Position numbers and translations under genes: made by a program | Notes under the pieces: model-generated | Seen by the model: only the letters and a program-made list of their open reading frames with translations | The model's database searches: none | Told to the model about the DNA's origin: nothing | Source: Bacteroidota bacterium | GTDB lineage: Bacteria; Bacteroidota; Bacteroidia; AKYH767-A; 2013-40CM-41-45 | Assembly (NCBI GenBank): GCA_043747595.1 | Contig: JAYTOX010000065.1 | Location: forward strand, 4,679-68,678 | DNA: 64,000 bases | Direction: 5' to 3' | In this document: positions 10,095-20,560 of the stretch, piece by piece | Position numbering within the stretch: the first letter of the stretch is position 1 | How the letters are laid out: each line of letters begins with the position of its first letter

Positions 10095-11534
10095 CTAATT
10101 TTTATCAAGAAAAAAATTATCAAGATGCTTTACCGGAATACTAATTTCTAATTCGCATCCTACTCCCGGAATGCTTGAAAGTTTAAAATCGCCGGCAAAT
10201 AGTTCTACGCGACGTTTCATATTTGCAATTCCAATTCCCGCCCGAGTATTCTCTGGATCACAGCCTAAACCGTTATCCTTAATATTTAATAACAAGCTAC
10301 CGTCCTTTTTGAATATTGATAAATTTATAGTTGTGGCATTTGAATGTTTCTGTATATTTCTTAATTGCTCTTGAATTATTCTGTATAAATTCAATTGTGT
10401 TTCCCTTGATAAAGAATAATTGTTAACAGAAGTATCGTACTTTTCATTAATGACATACTTTTCATCGCCATTAAAAGTATTAATTAAAACATGAATGGAA
10501 TCTTGAAGAGTACCTTGATCAATAAAAATTGGCGCTAAACGATGCGAAAGATTTCTAATTTCTTCAGAGGCTAGCTTAATATATTCTTTACTTTGCTCAT
10601 ACCATTTTAAACCATCAGGATCTAGTAATTTCTTTATCATACCCAAGCTCATTTGACTAGTAGCAAGTATCTGACAAACGTTATCGTGCAACTCTCCTCC
10701 TATTTCGTATCGCTCATCTTCTTGCGTCTTAATAATTGCCTCAGTAAGTTTCAACTCGAAATATTTTTTCTCAGTCACATCATTTACAATAATAAGTCTG
10801 TATTTCGTATCATTAATTTTGACTGGAGTTCCAAATATCTCCACATCTATTAGCTCGCCAGATTTTTTACGATGAATGGCCCCGGAAGAAAATCTAACCG
10901 GCTCATTATTGGTTTTCGTATTTTCCAATAAATCTAGCACCATCCCAACTTGGTTTTCAGGTCTGATTTGTAAAATAGTCATTTCTAAAAACTCTTGTTC
11001 AGTGTAGCCATAAAGTAATAAAGCAGCGTCATTCACTTGAATGAATTTTAAAGTCTTCAAATCAAAGACCAACATAGGCTGTGGACTTAAATGAAAAAGG
11101 TTACTATATCTTTTCTCAGACTCACTCAAAAGCGATATTGTTTTTTTTCGTTCAATGGAATAAATAATACTTTTAAATAAAATCGCAGAATTCAATTCAT
11201 CCTTTAATAAATAATCAGAAATCCCTTGTGATATTGATAATTTACTAAAATCAACATCTTGATAGCCTGTCAAAACTACAACAGGGCACTCATTAGCAAT
11301 TGCAAGTACCGAAGTAATAAGCTTTTGACCACTTAAATCCGGCAAAGTAAGATCTAAAAGAATCACATCGAATCGCGAACCTTTTTCTATTTCACCTTCG
11401 GCACTTTTGAAATTATCGAAATGTGTTATTTTCATATTAGACATTCTCTCACAAAGAAATTCTTCTACGATGAAAAGATCGCCAGGATTATCTTCAATAA
11501 TTAATATTTCATATTTTCCATTATCTTTTATCAT
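10095..11534 (-). CDS. receiver-PAS-histidine kinase (HisKA_3 + HATPase_c)
   Basis: N-terminal CheY-like receiver (ILIIEDNPGD...DVILLDLTLPDLSG). H-box 'ERYEIGGELHDNVCQ' is HisKA_3-type. C-terminal G-box 'NGLG...GIGIANM'. The start overlaps the upstream gene's stop (ATGA). Confidence 0.8.
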   Translation of the reverse strand: MIKDNGKYEILIIEDNPGDLFIVEEFLCERMSNMKITHFDNFKSAEGEIEKGSRFDVILLDLTLPDLSGQKLITSVLAIANECPVVVLTGYQDVDFSKLSISQGISDYLLKDELNSAILFKSIIYSIERKKTISLLSESEKRYSNLFHLSPQPMLVFDLKTLKFIQVNDAALLLYGYTEQEFLEMTILQIRPENQVGMVLDLLENTKTNNEPVRFSSGAIHRKKSGELIDVEIFGTPVKINDTKYRLIIVNDVTEKKYFELKLTEAIIKTQEDERYEIGGELHDNVCQILATSQMSLGMIKKLLDPDGLKWYEQSKEYIKLASEEIRNLSHRLAPIFIDQGTLQDSIHVLINTFNGDEKYVINEKYDTSVNNYSLSRETQLNLYRIIQEQLRNIQKHSNATTINLSIFKKDGSLLLNIKDNGLGCDPENTRAGIGIANMKRRVELFAGDFKLSSIPGVGCELEISIPVKHLDNFFLDKN

Positions 11535-11974
11535 TCTTTCCCATTTTTACTTGTTGGCAAAGTAACAATTGATATCCAAAAGTTTTCGATGCTCTTAACT
11601 ACATTTAGAAATTTATCAACCTCAACAGGCTTGGTAATAAAACAATTTGCTTGATTCATATATGACTGAACAATATCATTTTCAGAAGATGAAGTTGTAA
11701 GCATTATTACCGGTATATGTTTCAAATGCTGATTTGCTTTTACAAACTGCAATACTTCTTGGCCATTTTTTCGTGGTAAATTTACATCCAACAAAATCAA
11801 ATCAGGCAATTCGACATTTTCAAATCCTCCTTTCTTCATCAAGAAATCAATTGCCTCTTCTCCATTTCTAGCAACACTTACTTTATTTACGATCTTTCCT
11901 TCTTCCAATGCTTCTGTTGTCAGGAAAATATCGCCTTCGTTATCTTCAACTAATAAAATGTGCACATCATTCAT
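11531..11974 (-). CDS. single-domain response regulator (CheY-like receiver)
   Basis: 147 aa; 'ILLVEDNEGD ... DLILLDVNLPRKNG ... ITKP'. Confidence 0.85.
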   Translation of the reverse strand: MNDVHILLVEDNEGDIFLTTEALEEGKIVNKVSVARNGEEAIDFLMKKGGFENVELPDLILLDVNLPRKNGQEVLQFVKANQHLKHIPVIMLTTSSSENDIVQSYMNQANCFITKPVEVDKFLNVVKSIENFWISIVTLPTSKNGKE

Positions 11975-11979
11975 ATTTG

Positions 11980-14900
11980 TTAGTTTTTTGGTATAGTAAA
12001 ATAAAATGTACTTCCGAATCCTTCTTCCGACTCAACCCAAATTGAGCCTCCTAACTGTTCAATAATTTTTTTTGCAACTGCCAATCCTACACCAGTTCCA
12101 GAATATTCTCCCTTGCCATGAAGGCGCTGAAAAATAACAAATATTTTATCGAAATATACTTTATTAATACCTATACCATTGTCTTTAACCGAAAACCTCC
12201 ACACATTTGGTAAATCAATAATTGAAATGCTAATCTGAGGAAGAACATTGGTCCTGCTATACTTCAAAGCATTCCCAATTAAATTTTGGAATACCTGATG
12301 GATTGCTGATCGTCGAGTTTTTAACTCAGGTAAATCATCGGCTTCAATTTGACCATTCAATTCATCAATTTGTTCTCTAAAAAGAAATTTTACATCTTCA
12401 ATTATTTGATTAAAGTTTACAATTTCCAACTCATCTACTCCCCTGCCTACTTTTGAATACTCCAACAAGTCTAAAATAATTTGTCTCATCCGTGATGCGC
12501 CATCAACCGCAAAGTGAATATATTTCTTTCCTCTAGCATCCAACAATTCATTATATCTATTTTCAAGCTGAGTAAGGAAACTACTCACCATCCTTAAAGG
12601 CTCTTGTAAATCGTGCGAAGCTATATATGCAAATTGCTCTAATTCTTGATTTGATATTGCCAATTCTTGAGAATGCTTTTGCAATTGTTCATTCAATTGC
12701 TCCAATCTTATTTCAGAATTCTTTCGTTCAGTAACATCGCGCTCAATTGCTATCCAATGAGTATACCACCCTTTTTCATTTGCAACCGGAGTAACAGACA
12801 ATTCAATCCAAAATTCCTCACCACTCTTTTTATAATTCACCAAAGTAATTTCACATCTCTCCCAACGTTTTAAAGCTTTACTCAACTTCGAGAGAGCAAT
12901 CTTGTCCGACTTTGGACCTTGTAATAGCTTAGGTGTTTTACCTACTACTTCTTCAGAAGTATATCCTGTCATTTTAGTGAACGCTTCATTCACATAAATT
13001 ATCCTGTGTCCATTTTCATCAAATGGATCTGCTTCTGTAATGACTACAGAATCTGAAGCATTTACTACAACCGATTCCATCAACTTTAATTGTTCTTCTA
13101 TTTTCAAATTTTCAGTTACATCGTTCAAAAGTGCTAATGTATATGTCCTATCACTGTCCTCTATTAAATGCGAACTAATCTCAAGAAACATTATTTCTCC
13201 ATTCTTTTTTTTATGTCGCCATACACTTTTATTTGTCGAAATATAAATCTCCTTTGACTTTGTTATTGCTTCTATCATCGGCACATCTTCTATAGGACGC
13301 AATTCCCTTAATGATAGCGAGAGAAAATCTTTTCTAGTATACCCATATTTTGACAAGGCCTCTTCATTGGCATCTAATATTTGCAAACTTGTAAAATCCC
13401 AAATAAACATTGGACTAGGATTATTCTCGAAGAGCTTTTTATATTTGTTCTCTGATTCAACTAATGCTTTCTCTTTAAATTTATCAGCTGTTACATCTCT
13501 TCCCACGCAATATACAAGGTGGTCTTCATCATCCCATCTTGCCGACCAAACAACAGGCACCACTCTGCCTTCTTTATTTATTACATTGTTTTCAAAATTT
13601 GTTATCTCTAAACTTTTAATGATCTCCTCTGCTACTTGAATCGTCTTTTGATGATCATCTTGAATAATAAAATTTAAAATATTAATCCCCTCCAACTTAT
13701 CTGAACCAAGACCAAGCATTTCTTCCATAGAAGCACTCAACTTAACAAAATTCATATCCCCATCAATTGTACAAATAAAATCAATAGACGAATTCATGAT
13801 ATTTACTAAGTCTGTTTTTGCCTTCTGTAATTCTAATAAATTTAATATATCCTCTGTTACATCTTTCGAAAAACATGCAACACCAAATAAAGAATTATCC
13901 GAATTATAAATAGGATTGAATGATATCCTTGCGTAATTAATTCTCTTCGCTACAGGACTATAAATTTGTTCATCAATCAAAAATGATTCACCATTCAGTG
14001 CTCTACTGTAATAATTCCTCCATTTTGAAACTAGTTCAGGCCAAAAATCATCAATTAAAACAGAATCACCTGCTTTAGGTTCACGATTTATATATTGTCT
14101 AATAGAATCTTTATAAGCCTTGTTTGCCGTAATAACATTCATAGACGAATCAATAGACCAAATTAAATCGCTTGTTCCATTAATGAGTGATTCATAATTT
14201 GCTTTTGCTAACTGAATTTCTTCTGCCTGTTGAGACTCTCTTGTAACATCTAAAATGGTGGAAATAAGTAATCCTTGCCCTTCCAATGCCATTGACTTCA
14301 CATCTACAAATCGCTGTCCATCATTTTTCGTAGCAACTTCTAGTTTATCCCATTTTACAATTCCTTCAACAGGATAATCAAGCATAGAATCAATCCTACT
14401 TAATATTTCGTTCGAACCGTGTTCGCTTTTAAGATTTCTATTTCCCGGAATATCCTCAATAGCAATTTCAGCAACATCTAAACCAAATATTTTACGAAAT
14501 TGTCTATTTACAAAAGTAACTTCTTTGTTTTTAATATTATTCACAACAATTCCTATAGGCAAATTATAGAGAACAGACTCAATAAAACTATTTCTTTTTT
14601 TCAATTCATCAGACAACTCATTTTTCTTATTCTCCAAATTAACAGCATCTGTAATGTCTTTAAAATTATTTACTACACCTCCAACAGCAGGATCATCACA
14701 AAAATTTGTAAATGTACTTTCAATCCACTCTAATTTACCTTCAATATTTTTTACTCGATATTTAATACCATATATTGGCTTAGAAGGAGAAGCCAAAGAT
14801 TCACTAAATTTAGTCTTTACATAATTCAAATCTTCAGCATAAATCATTTTAAAAATAGTATAGTTAGGCTCTGGATGCAAAGCTTTTCCAAACGCCAAAT

Positions 14901-16386
14901 CCACTCCTTGTGAAACAAAAATTGGCACTGCTTTCTTATTGAGAATAATTATTGACTCTCCACCATTTTCTACAATAGCTTTAAACCTTCGTTCATTAGC
15001 AAGTAAAATTTCCTTAGCGATGTGAATTTCAGTGACGTCCATTCCAGTCAAAACAACCCCAATTATTTTATTCTCTTTGTTTTTTGCCGGACTAAATTTA
15101 ATCTGAAAATAATTAAATTTTCCATTTTTTTGATCTACTTTAAATTCTGTTTGACGTCCATTTCCTTTTAAACTCGCTAAACAATTTTCCAACAAAATCG
15201 ACTTTCTGTTTGGCATGGAATAATCCAAAATCGAATCTCCGATTTTAATATTTAGTCCCAACAAATTCGCATATAGCTTTTCTACTTTTGTATTGTATGA
15301 AATAATTTTTAATTCCTCGTCTATAAGAATAAACGATTCCTCAGTATTACTCATAAGTAAATTTCTATTTAACTCCGAATTTCTTTGCTCCGAAATATCA
15401 CTTAATGTATTGCATACATTTACTTCTCCATTTTTATCGGAAAAAAACTTCGAGGTAAATTCAAGAGGAAATCGGGTTCCGTCTTTTTTAATTCCAATCA
15501 ATTCGCCCTTCACAAACCCACTTTCTTCTCTTTCCTTCAACTTCAATCTCAGATCATCATTGATTAAAATAATATCATTTCTCTTTTTCTTAACAAATTC
15601 CGATTTTGAATATCCGAAAAGTTCACAAGCTGCTTTGTTTATTTCCAATAAAGTACCATCCGGCTTACTCACTATAAATGGTAAAATCGTATGCTCTAAT
15701 ATATCAAAATAATTTTCCGGTAATGTTCCCGGCTTTCTTTTCTTCGAAGTTTTTTTAACCCTTGATTTTGCATAAGCACGAACTAAACATTCATTGATAT
15801 GTACGCCAATTTTATTTATAGGTACAATAATTTCTTGTTTGACTTTTTTATTCAATTTTAATCCATCATTTTTCTTAAAAACAGTATCTTGAATAATTAG
15901 TTTGCTCCCATTTTTAAAAAATGGCGCAACATTCATTTCATCCAAATCATTGGTACCTTTCAAAATTACTCCAATAAAATTTTTACTCCTACTCTGACAA
16001 GATTTTAAAAACTCCAATTGTCCACTCGTTTTGACTAGTTTCTTTTTCCCATTTGTTGAATTCGATACTGACAATTTCAATGAACTGTTATCTGTAAGAA
16101 TCGAAATTGAACCTGATAAATATTTTTTCCTCGATCGACTCCCCTCTACTTCTATACCGGTTATTTTTTCAACTGTTTCTACTAACTCTCTTCTGCTTTT
16201 ATCATTCAGCTGAGTATTAATAAGCAGACATACGTTTTCCAAATCAGGCAACTGTTTTAAAAATTGTTTAATAGCCAAAGTTGAAACTCCTCTTGCTTCA
16301 ACTGCTATTATGGCGAGCGACTTATTATTTTTCTTTGCTACTTTCACCTTTTCACGACTTTTTTTTTCAAAACTATTGCTTTTCAT
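11980..16386 (-). CDS. multi-PAS sensor histidine kinase with a degenerate CheB-methylesterase-like N-terminal domain
   Basis: 1468 aa. The C-terminus has HisKA 'ASHDLQEPLRMV' and HATPase_c 'NLIGNALKYS..DNGIGI..GTGVGLAVAKKII'. Several PAS/PAC-like segments are present. The N-terminal ~200 aa resemble CheB (IAVEARGVST / FIGVILKGTNDLD...IIQD) but lack the GASTGG serine. Confidence 0.75.
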   Translation of the reverse strand: MKSNSFEKKSREKVKVAKKNNKSLAIIAVEARGVSTLAIKQFLKQLPDLENVCLLINTQLNDKSRRELVETVEKITGIEVEGSRSRKKYLSGSISILTDNSSLKLSVSNSTNGKKKLVKTSGQLEFLKSCQSRSKNFIGVILKGTNDLDEMNVAPFFKNGSKLIIQDTVFKKNDGLKLNKKVKQEIIVPINKIGVHINECLVRAYAKSRVKKTSKKRKPGTLPENYFDILEHTILPFIVSKPDGTLLEINKAACELFGYSKSEFVKKKRNDIILINDDLRLKLKEREESGFVKGELIGIKKDGTRFPLEFTSKFFSDKNGEVNVCNTLSDISEQRNSELNRNLLMSNTEESFILIDEELKIISYNTKVEKLYANLLGLNIKIGDSILDYSMPNRKSILLENCLASLKGNGRQTEFKVDQKNGKFNYFQIKFSPAKNKENKIIGVVLTGMDVTEIHIAKEILLANERRFKAIVENGGESIIILNKKAVPIFVSQGVDLAFGKALHPEPNYTIFKMIYAEDLNYVKTKFSESLASPSKPIYGIKYRVKNIEGKLEWIESTFTNFCDDPAVGGVVNNFKDITDAVNLENKKNELSDELKKRNSFIESVLYNLPIGIVVNNIKNKEVTFVNRQFRKIFGLDVAEIAIEDIPGNRNLKSEHGSNEILSRIDSMLDYPVEGIVKWDKLEVATKNDGQRFVDVKSMALEGQGLLISTILDVTRESQQAEEIQLAKANYESLINGTSDLIWSIDSSMNVITANKAYKDSIRQYINREPKAGDSVLIDDFWPELVSKWRNYYSRALNGESFLIDEQIYSPVAKRINYARISFNPIYNSDNSLFGVACFSKDVTEDILNLLELQKAKTDLVNIMNSSIDFICTIDGDMNFVKLSASMEEMLGLGSDKLEGINILNFIIQDDHQKTIQVAEEIIKSLEITNFENNVINKEGRVVPVVWSARWDDEDHLVYCVGRDVTADKFKEKALVESENKYKKLFENNPSPMFIWDFTSLQILDANEEALSKYGYTRKDFLSLSLRELRPIEDVPMIEAITKSKEIYISTNKSVWRHKKKNGEIMFLEISSHLIEDSDRTYTLALLNDVTENLKIEEQLKLMESVVVNASDSVVITEADPFDENGHRIIYVNEAFTKMTGYTSEEVVGKTPKLLQGPKSDKIALSKLSKALKRWERCEITLVNYKKSGEEFWIELSVTPVANEKGWYTHWIAIERDVTERKNSEIRLEQLNEQLQKHSQELAISNQELEQFAYIASHDLQEPLRMVSSFLTQLENRYNELLDARGKKYIHFAVDGASRMRQIILDLLEYSKVGRGVDELEIVNFNQIIEDVKFLFREQIDELNGQIEADDLPELKTRRSAIHQVFQNLIGNALKYSRTNVLPQISISIIDLPNVWRFSVKDNGIGINKVYFDKIFVIFQRLHGKGEYSGTGVGLAVAKKIIEQLGGSIWVESEEGFGSTFYFTIPKN

Positions 16387-16844
16387 TTCTCTTAAAAATT
16401 ATAAATAAATCAAGTAAGTAAACTTTGCTAACACCATTATTTACCTGTTCAGTTTTACTTATTTGTATTATTTGTAATTCAACAAACTCAACTTACAAGT
16501 GAGAACACAGTAATGAAAACAACACGAAGGTTATTTCTTTAAACGTACAAAAAAAAGTGATTGAATTCTACAGTAAAACAGGAAGAAGAATAAGGAAATT
16601 GAGAATAGAAACTCTAATGTCAGATTTGTTAAAAAATGGACATGGCCGGAAATGTGCGCATAAAATTTTGAATTAAAGTTTTGATTTTAAACTAATTAAA
16701 TATAAATAAAGTCTAATATAAAATTTAGCTATTGTTTTTGCCATTACAACGCCGTGAAGTTGATACACAAAAACACCTCAAAACGAATAATGCCATCAAT
16801 GCAAATCGCCGTTTTTTTCTTTAAAATCTAATGGTTATTTTTCA

Positions 16845-17741
16845 TTACATAATCCCAAATCCTGGCGTATCAATTGAATATTGCCCGTATGTATGCTTAT
16901 AACTTAACACGGGTATCAATGAATGATTCACAATTTGCTGAGAAAATGCTCCCATAAATACTCCGGTAATTTTAGATTCATGGCCAGTGTTAATCACAAT
17001 CAAATCACATTTATTTTTAGTTGCATATTTGATTGCTGTCTCTGCTAAATTAGTTCCATAAGCCAAATTAGATTCGTATTGTAATTCATCTGATTCGATC
17101 AATCTTTCAACAGAAGCCATTTTAATTTTGAATTTAGCTATGTCACTTTTATCGCGCGAACCAGGCAAGCCTAACAAATGGATTTTTGAATCGTATAATT
17201 TTGCAATAATCATTGCTATGTTCACCTTTTCTCTGCTATGAATTGAATTATCTAGCGGAATCAAAATATTTTTAAACCCTGTTTTATTCGATTTCCTTTG
17301 AGTGGTTAAAACCGGAATGTCTGATAGTGTTATAACGCGTTGCGAGTTGCTTCCAATAAAATATTCTTTAAAACCTGAAGCTCCATGTGTTCCCATTACA
17401 ATTAAATCGACTTTCTTCTTATTCGCAAAATTATTAATCTCTGTGTGGATATGCCCTGATACAACAAATGTGGTACATTTTATTCCAAACTTTTTTACAA
17501 TTTGGTCTTTCATTGTTTCCATTTTCTTATTAATCCTGTTTTCAAGATCATTCAGTGATGGAGGAATTGTTTCGGTCGCGGCAAATACTGAATAGTTATA
17601 ACCGGTCGACTCTACAACATTCAACAATAAAATATCCGCTTTCAATCCAATTGCAAGTGAAGTTGCTTCGGCGAGAGCTATATCTGAGGTCTCCGTAAAA
17701 TCAATAGGAACAAGTATTTTCCTAATATTTATTTTTTTCAT
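16845..17741 (-). CDS. tandem-domain universal stress protein (UspA family)
   Basis: Two ~145-aa halves. The ATP-binding motif G-x2-G-x9-G-S is present in 'MGTHGASGFKEYFIGSNSQRV'. The second half is degenerate ('VINTGHESKITGVFMGAFSQ'). Confidence 0.8.
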   Translation of the reverse strand: MKKINIRKILVPIDFTETSDIALAEATSLAIGLKADILLLNVVESTGYNYSVFAATETIPPSLNDLENRINKKMETMKDQIVKKFGIKCTTFVVSGHIHTEINNFANKKKVDLIVMGTHGASGFKEYFIGSNSQRVITLSDIPVLTTQRKSNKTGFKNILIPLDNSIHSREKVNIAMIIAKLYDSKIHLLGLPGSRDKSDIAKFKIKMASVERLIESDELQYESNLAYGTNLAETAIKYATKNKCDLIVINTGHESKITGVFMGAFSQQIVNHSLIPVLSYKHTYGQYSIDTPGFGIM

Positions 17742-18048
17742 AATAATTAATTTAAAATTAAAACTTTCACCTAAATTTTACCTATGAACAACATATTGAC
17801 AATCGAATAATTTAATCGGATTCTTAAAATTATCACTTTTTATTTCTCGCATTAAATTGTTCTTACAATTTACAATTTATTAATACACAACACAAGAAAT
17901 AGAACATTTATTTCGACAAGTGAGGCAATTTTTGCGTACATGAATTATTTTTAATACATGTAAATATAAAATTGTATAACAAATCTTTAGCCGAAATTTG
18001 TATCCAATCTTAATTCACAACTCATTTTTGCATTGATCAGAACTAGTT

Positions 18049-18597
18049 CTACTCCTTTTTAGGCATGATCAATTTATTCAATGCTCGAATCACATCTGCC
18101 ATTACATAAATAACAACCAGCAACAAAACGATTATCAAAATAGCACCCCATGGAACCGCACTAAAGATCTTCAAAATACTATTTCCAGGCTTTTCTACAT
18201 TGACATTATTGTCTGTTGTTGGCGCTTTTACTATTACAGAAACAGCAGTCACTTCAGGCTGTATCGCACTACCTTTTTCTTTTATATAGGCAAGCAAACT
18301 TTCTATTTCTTTCCCTGACAATTTATGATCGGGCATAATCATTCCATTGTTTTGCTTAAAGAGATTTACAGCTGACGAATCTCCTTTCTTAATCATGGAT
18401 TGAGACGAGGTAATAAACGACTTCAGCCAACTCGTGGAATGTCGGCTCTCTACTCCTTTTAAATCGGGGCCGACTAGCTTCCCTTGTCCAATCGAGTGAC
18501 AAGCAATACAGGATTGATTAAATAATTTCTCCCCCTCCGATTGACTGTAAACTTGAAGAGAAAATAAAATGATGGTAACTATCAAAAGTTGTTTCAT
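18049..18597 (-). CDS. monoheme c-type cytochrome with C-terminal membrane anchor
   Basis: Signal peptide, 'CIACH' heme-binding site, and a distal Met region (MIMPDH). The C-terminus is a hydrophobic helix (ILIIVLLLVVIYVM). Confidence 0.7.
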   Translation of the reverse strand: MKQLLIVTIILFSLQVYSQSEGEKLFNQSCIACHSIGQGKLVGPDLKGVESRHSTSWLKSFITSSQSMIKKGDSSAVNLFKQNNGMIMPDHKLSGKEIESLLAYIKEKGSAIQPEVTAVSVIVKAPTTDNNVNVEKPGNSILKIFSAVPWGAILIIVLLLVVIYVMADVIRALNKLIMPKKE

Positions 18598-18601
18598 AAT
18601 T

Positions 18602-18874
18602 TTAATTGGCAGATTTTAGAAATTCAACAATTTTACTTTGTTCATCATCTGTAATATTCGCTCTCACTTTCATGTGTTCTCCAATTAATGACCACTGATC
18701 ATCGTTATAATCTGTTGGCGATGGTGCATTATGACAACGAACACAATTTTCACCCCAAAGTGTTGCCCCACTCTTATCAGCTATCAAAGTTGAAGTTGTT
18801 GAACATCCTATATTCATAAGGATTACTGAAATTGTGGCTGCCACAACCAGTAAAATATTTTTTTTGTTTTTCAT
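18602..18874 (-). CDS. small c-type cytochrome (lipoprotein-like)
   Basis: 90 aa. The leader ends in Cys (NIGC). A single 'CVRCH' motif is present. Confidence 0.55.
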   Translation of the reverse strand: MKNKKNILLVVAATISVILMNIGCSTTSTLIADKSGATLWGENCVRCHNAPSPTDYNDDQWSLIGEHMKVRANITDDEQSKIVEFLKSAN

Positions 18875-18894
18875 AATTTTCGTTTTTTGAAGAG

Positions 18895-20121
18895 TTAAAA
18901 TCCTGTAGCAAATCGAACAAGGAATATATCGCTTGTGGAACCATCAGGCGACTTTTGATTTTCATAAGCAAAACGTAAACCTGACTTCCAACTTAACCAA
19001 TAACAAGCACCAATATCGAAACGAGTCGTTGTTCCTCCTCCCCATGCTGCTTCTTTTGGCAATGTACCTGAATTGTATCGACCAAGTATCTCAATATTTT
19101 TGAAAAAATTATTTTCGACAAACGCAGGATGAATTCCAAGCTGTATATAATACACACTACTCTGATTCTTGAATGTATATTCACCTGTACCTGTGCTATC
19201 CCCGGGATCTACATAATTGGCATCGTCTACATTCACAGAATTATATTGGCCCTTTAAATTAATGATGCTCTTCAATTCGCTCATTGACTTTACATAGGAG
19301 AAATCTATCGCATAAGCTGTCGCAGCTGTTTTTTCATAGATAGAATTTGCCGAACCAACCTTTCCACTATTTCCGGAGAAGCCAATCTCTAACGATGAGT
19401 TTGAAAACGGTAGGAACCCTATTCTTCCACCTATCGCTTTATTATTATTGTTATCATAAAAGTTTTCATACTCTAAAGTCCCTTCCGGGTTTGACCCTGG
19501 TTCGTCTCCATTTAATTTCGGACCGTTAGAAACATATATTGCATAATTCATTTTTGCTGTTCCTAATTGAAACCCTCCGCGAAGATCAACACCCATCTCT
19601 GCGCCATTGGGCCCTATGGAATGCATCCCATCTTCATGGTGAATCATTAGAGGTGCATTGGGGAATCGCTCTATAAAAGTTGGATGCAACCGTTCTAAGT
19701 AAGTACCAAATGGAGTGAGCATTCTTCCCGCACCAAGTGTCATATATTTATTTATCCTATATGAAAATTTAGCATACTCTAAATCTACTCCGGTTTCACC
19801 ACCGTCTATCGCTACTTCTACCTCGCCTTCAAAAAACAATCGGTCAGACAACTTCCACAAAAAAATTGGGCTAAATCCAACACTATTAAAATTACCTTTC
19901 ACAGGTGCTTTATCGTCATAAGAAAAATCGAAATTTGCACTTCCTGTTATTAGGCTTTTAGTATTGCCTTGAAGCGACAAAAGCTTCACTTCGTTTCTTT
20001 GAGTTTGTGTTGATGAAGTGTCTTGGGCTTTGGCACTATTATACCCTCCAAAAAGAAATACGAGTACCAACGGCAAAATACAACGTCTCAATTTCACCAT
20101 TTTCAATTTCAAGATTTTCAT
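18895..20121 (-). CDS. outer-membrane beta-barrel protein (porin-like)
   Basis: Signal peptide, alternating amphipathic strands, Gly/aromatic-rich, with an aromatic C-terminus (FATGF). Confidence 0.55.
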   Translation of the reverse strand: MKILKLKMVKLRRCILPLVLVFLFGGYNSAKAQDTSSTQTQRNEVKLLSLQGNTKSLITGSANFDFSYDDKAPVKGNFNSVGFSPIFLWKLSDRLFFEGEVEVAIDGGETGVDLEYAKFSYRINKYMTLGAGRMLTPFGTYLERLHPTFIERFPNAPLMIHHEDGMHSIGPNGAEMGVDLRGGFQLGTAKMNYAIYVSNGPKLNGDEPGSNPEGTLEYENFYDNNNNKAIGGRIGFLPFSNSSLEIGFSGNSGKVGSANSIYEKTAATAYAIDFSYVKSMSELKSIINLKGQYNSVNVDDANYVDPGDSTGTGEYTFKNQSSVYYIQLGIHPAFVENNFFKNIEILGRYNSGTLPKEAAWGGGTTTRFDIGACYWLSWKSGLRFAYENQKSPDGSTSDIFLVRFATGF

Positions 20122-20125
20122 AGTA

Positions 20126-20560
20126 TTATTTTTTAGGTTTATTTATAGTTCCAAAAGTTCTTATGTAATCAACCAATTGCCACCTTTGACTTTCAGACAA
20201 CGTTTGTTGGTATGATGCCATAGGGGGCCTTCCATTCGTTAATTTCCAAAATATAGCTCCATCACTTTGCGATTGCACTTTAGATATTGTCAAATTCGCC
20301 GGACGAGGAGTTAATGCCAATCCTGCCATTCCATCGCCTTTCCCTTTATCACCATGACAAACTACACATAGATGGACATATGTTTTTTTGCCTTCTGCTG
20401 TAGCATTTGCATCATTTTTAAATGGGTTAATTAAACTACTAGAGGATGCCGGCGCAAGCCAATCTCCTGCAAACATTTTAAACGAAGTATTAATAAGAAT
20501 GAAAAATGAAATAGAAAGAATTTTAAAAAAATAACATATTTTTAGTTTTGAATTTTTCAT
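20126..20560 (-). CDS. class I c-type cytochrome
   Basis: Signal peptide, 'CVVCHGDKGKGDG', and a distal Met in 'GRPPMAS'. Confidence 0.75.
   Translation of the reverse strand: MKNSKLKICYFFKILSISFFILINTSFKMFAGDWLAPASSSSLINPFKNDANATAEGKKTYVHLCVVCHGDKGKGDGMAGLALTPRPANLTISKVQSQSDGAIFWKLTNGRPPMASYQQTLSESQRWQLVDYIRTFGTINKPKK

Noticed and set aside
12667-16213. Plus-strand ORFs inside the 1468-aa histidine kinase gene (12667-12873, 13040-13246, 13367-13639, 14500-14733, 15293-15712, 16031-16213)
   Set aside because: They are antisense to a well-supported CDS with canonical HK motifs. Their peptides are Phe/Ser/Ile-rich, which is typical of reverse-strand AT-rich coding DNA.
18030-18046. 12-bp perfect palindrome agaactagttct just past the cytochrome gene stop
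   Set aside because: It is short and lacks a flanking T-tract in the transcribed orientation. It could be chance in AT-rich DNA, so it was not called as a terminator or operator.
18777-19184. ORFs 18777-18971 and 18993-19184, which overlap the small cytochrome and porin genes
   Set aside because: They are out-of-frame overlaps and lack heme motifs or signal peptides.
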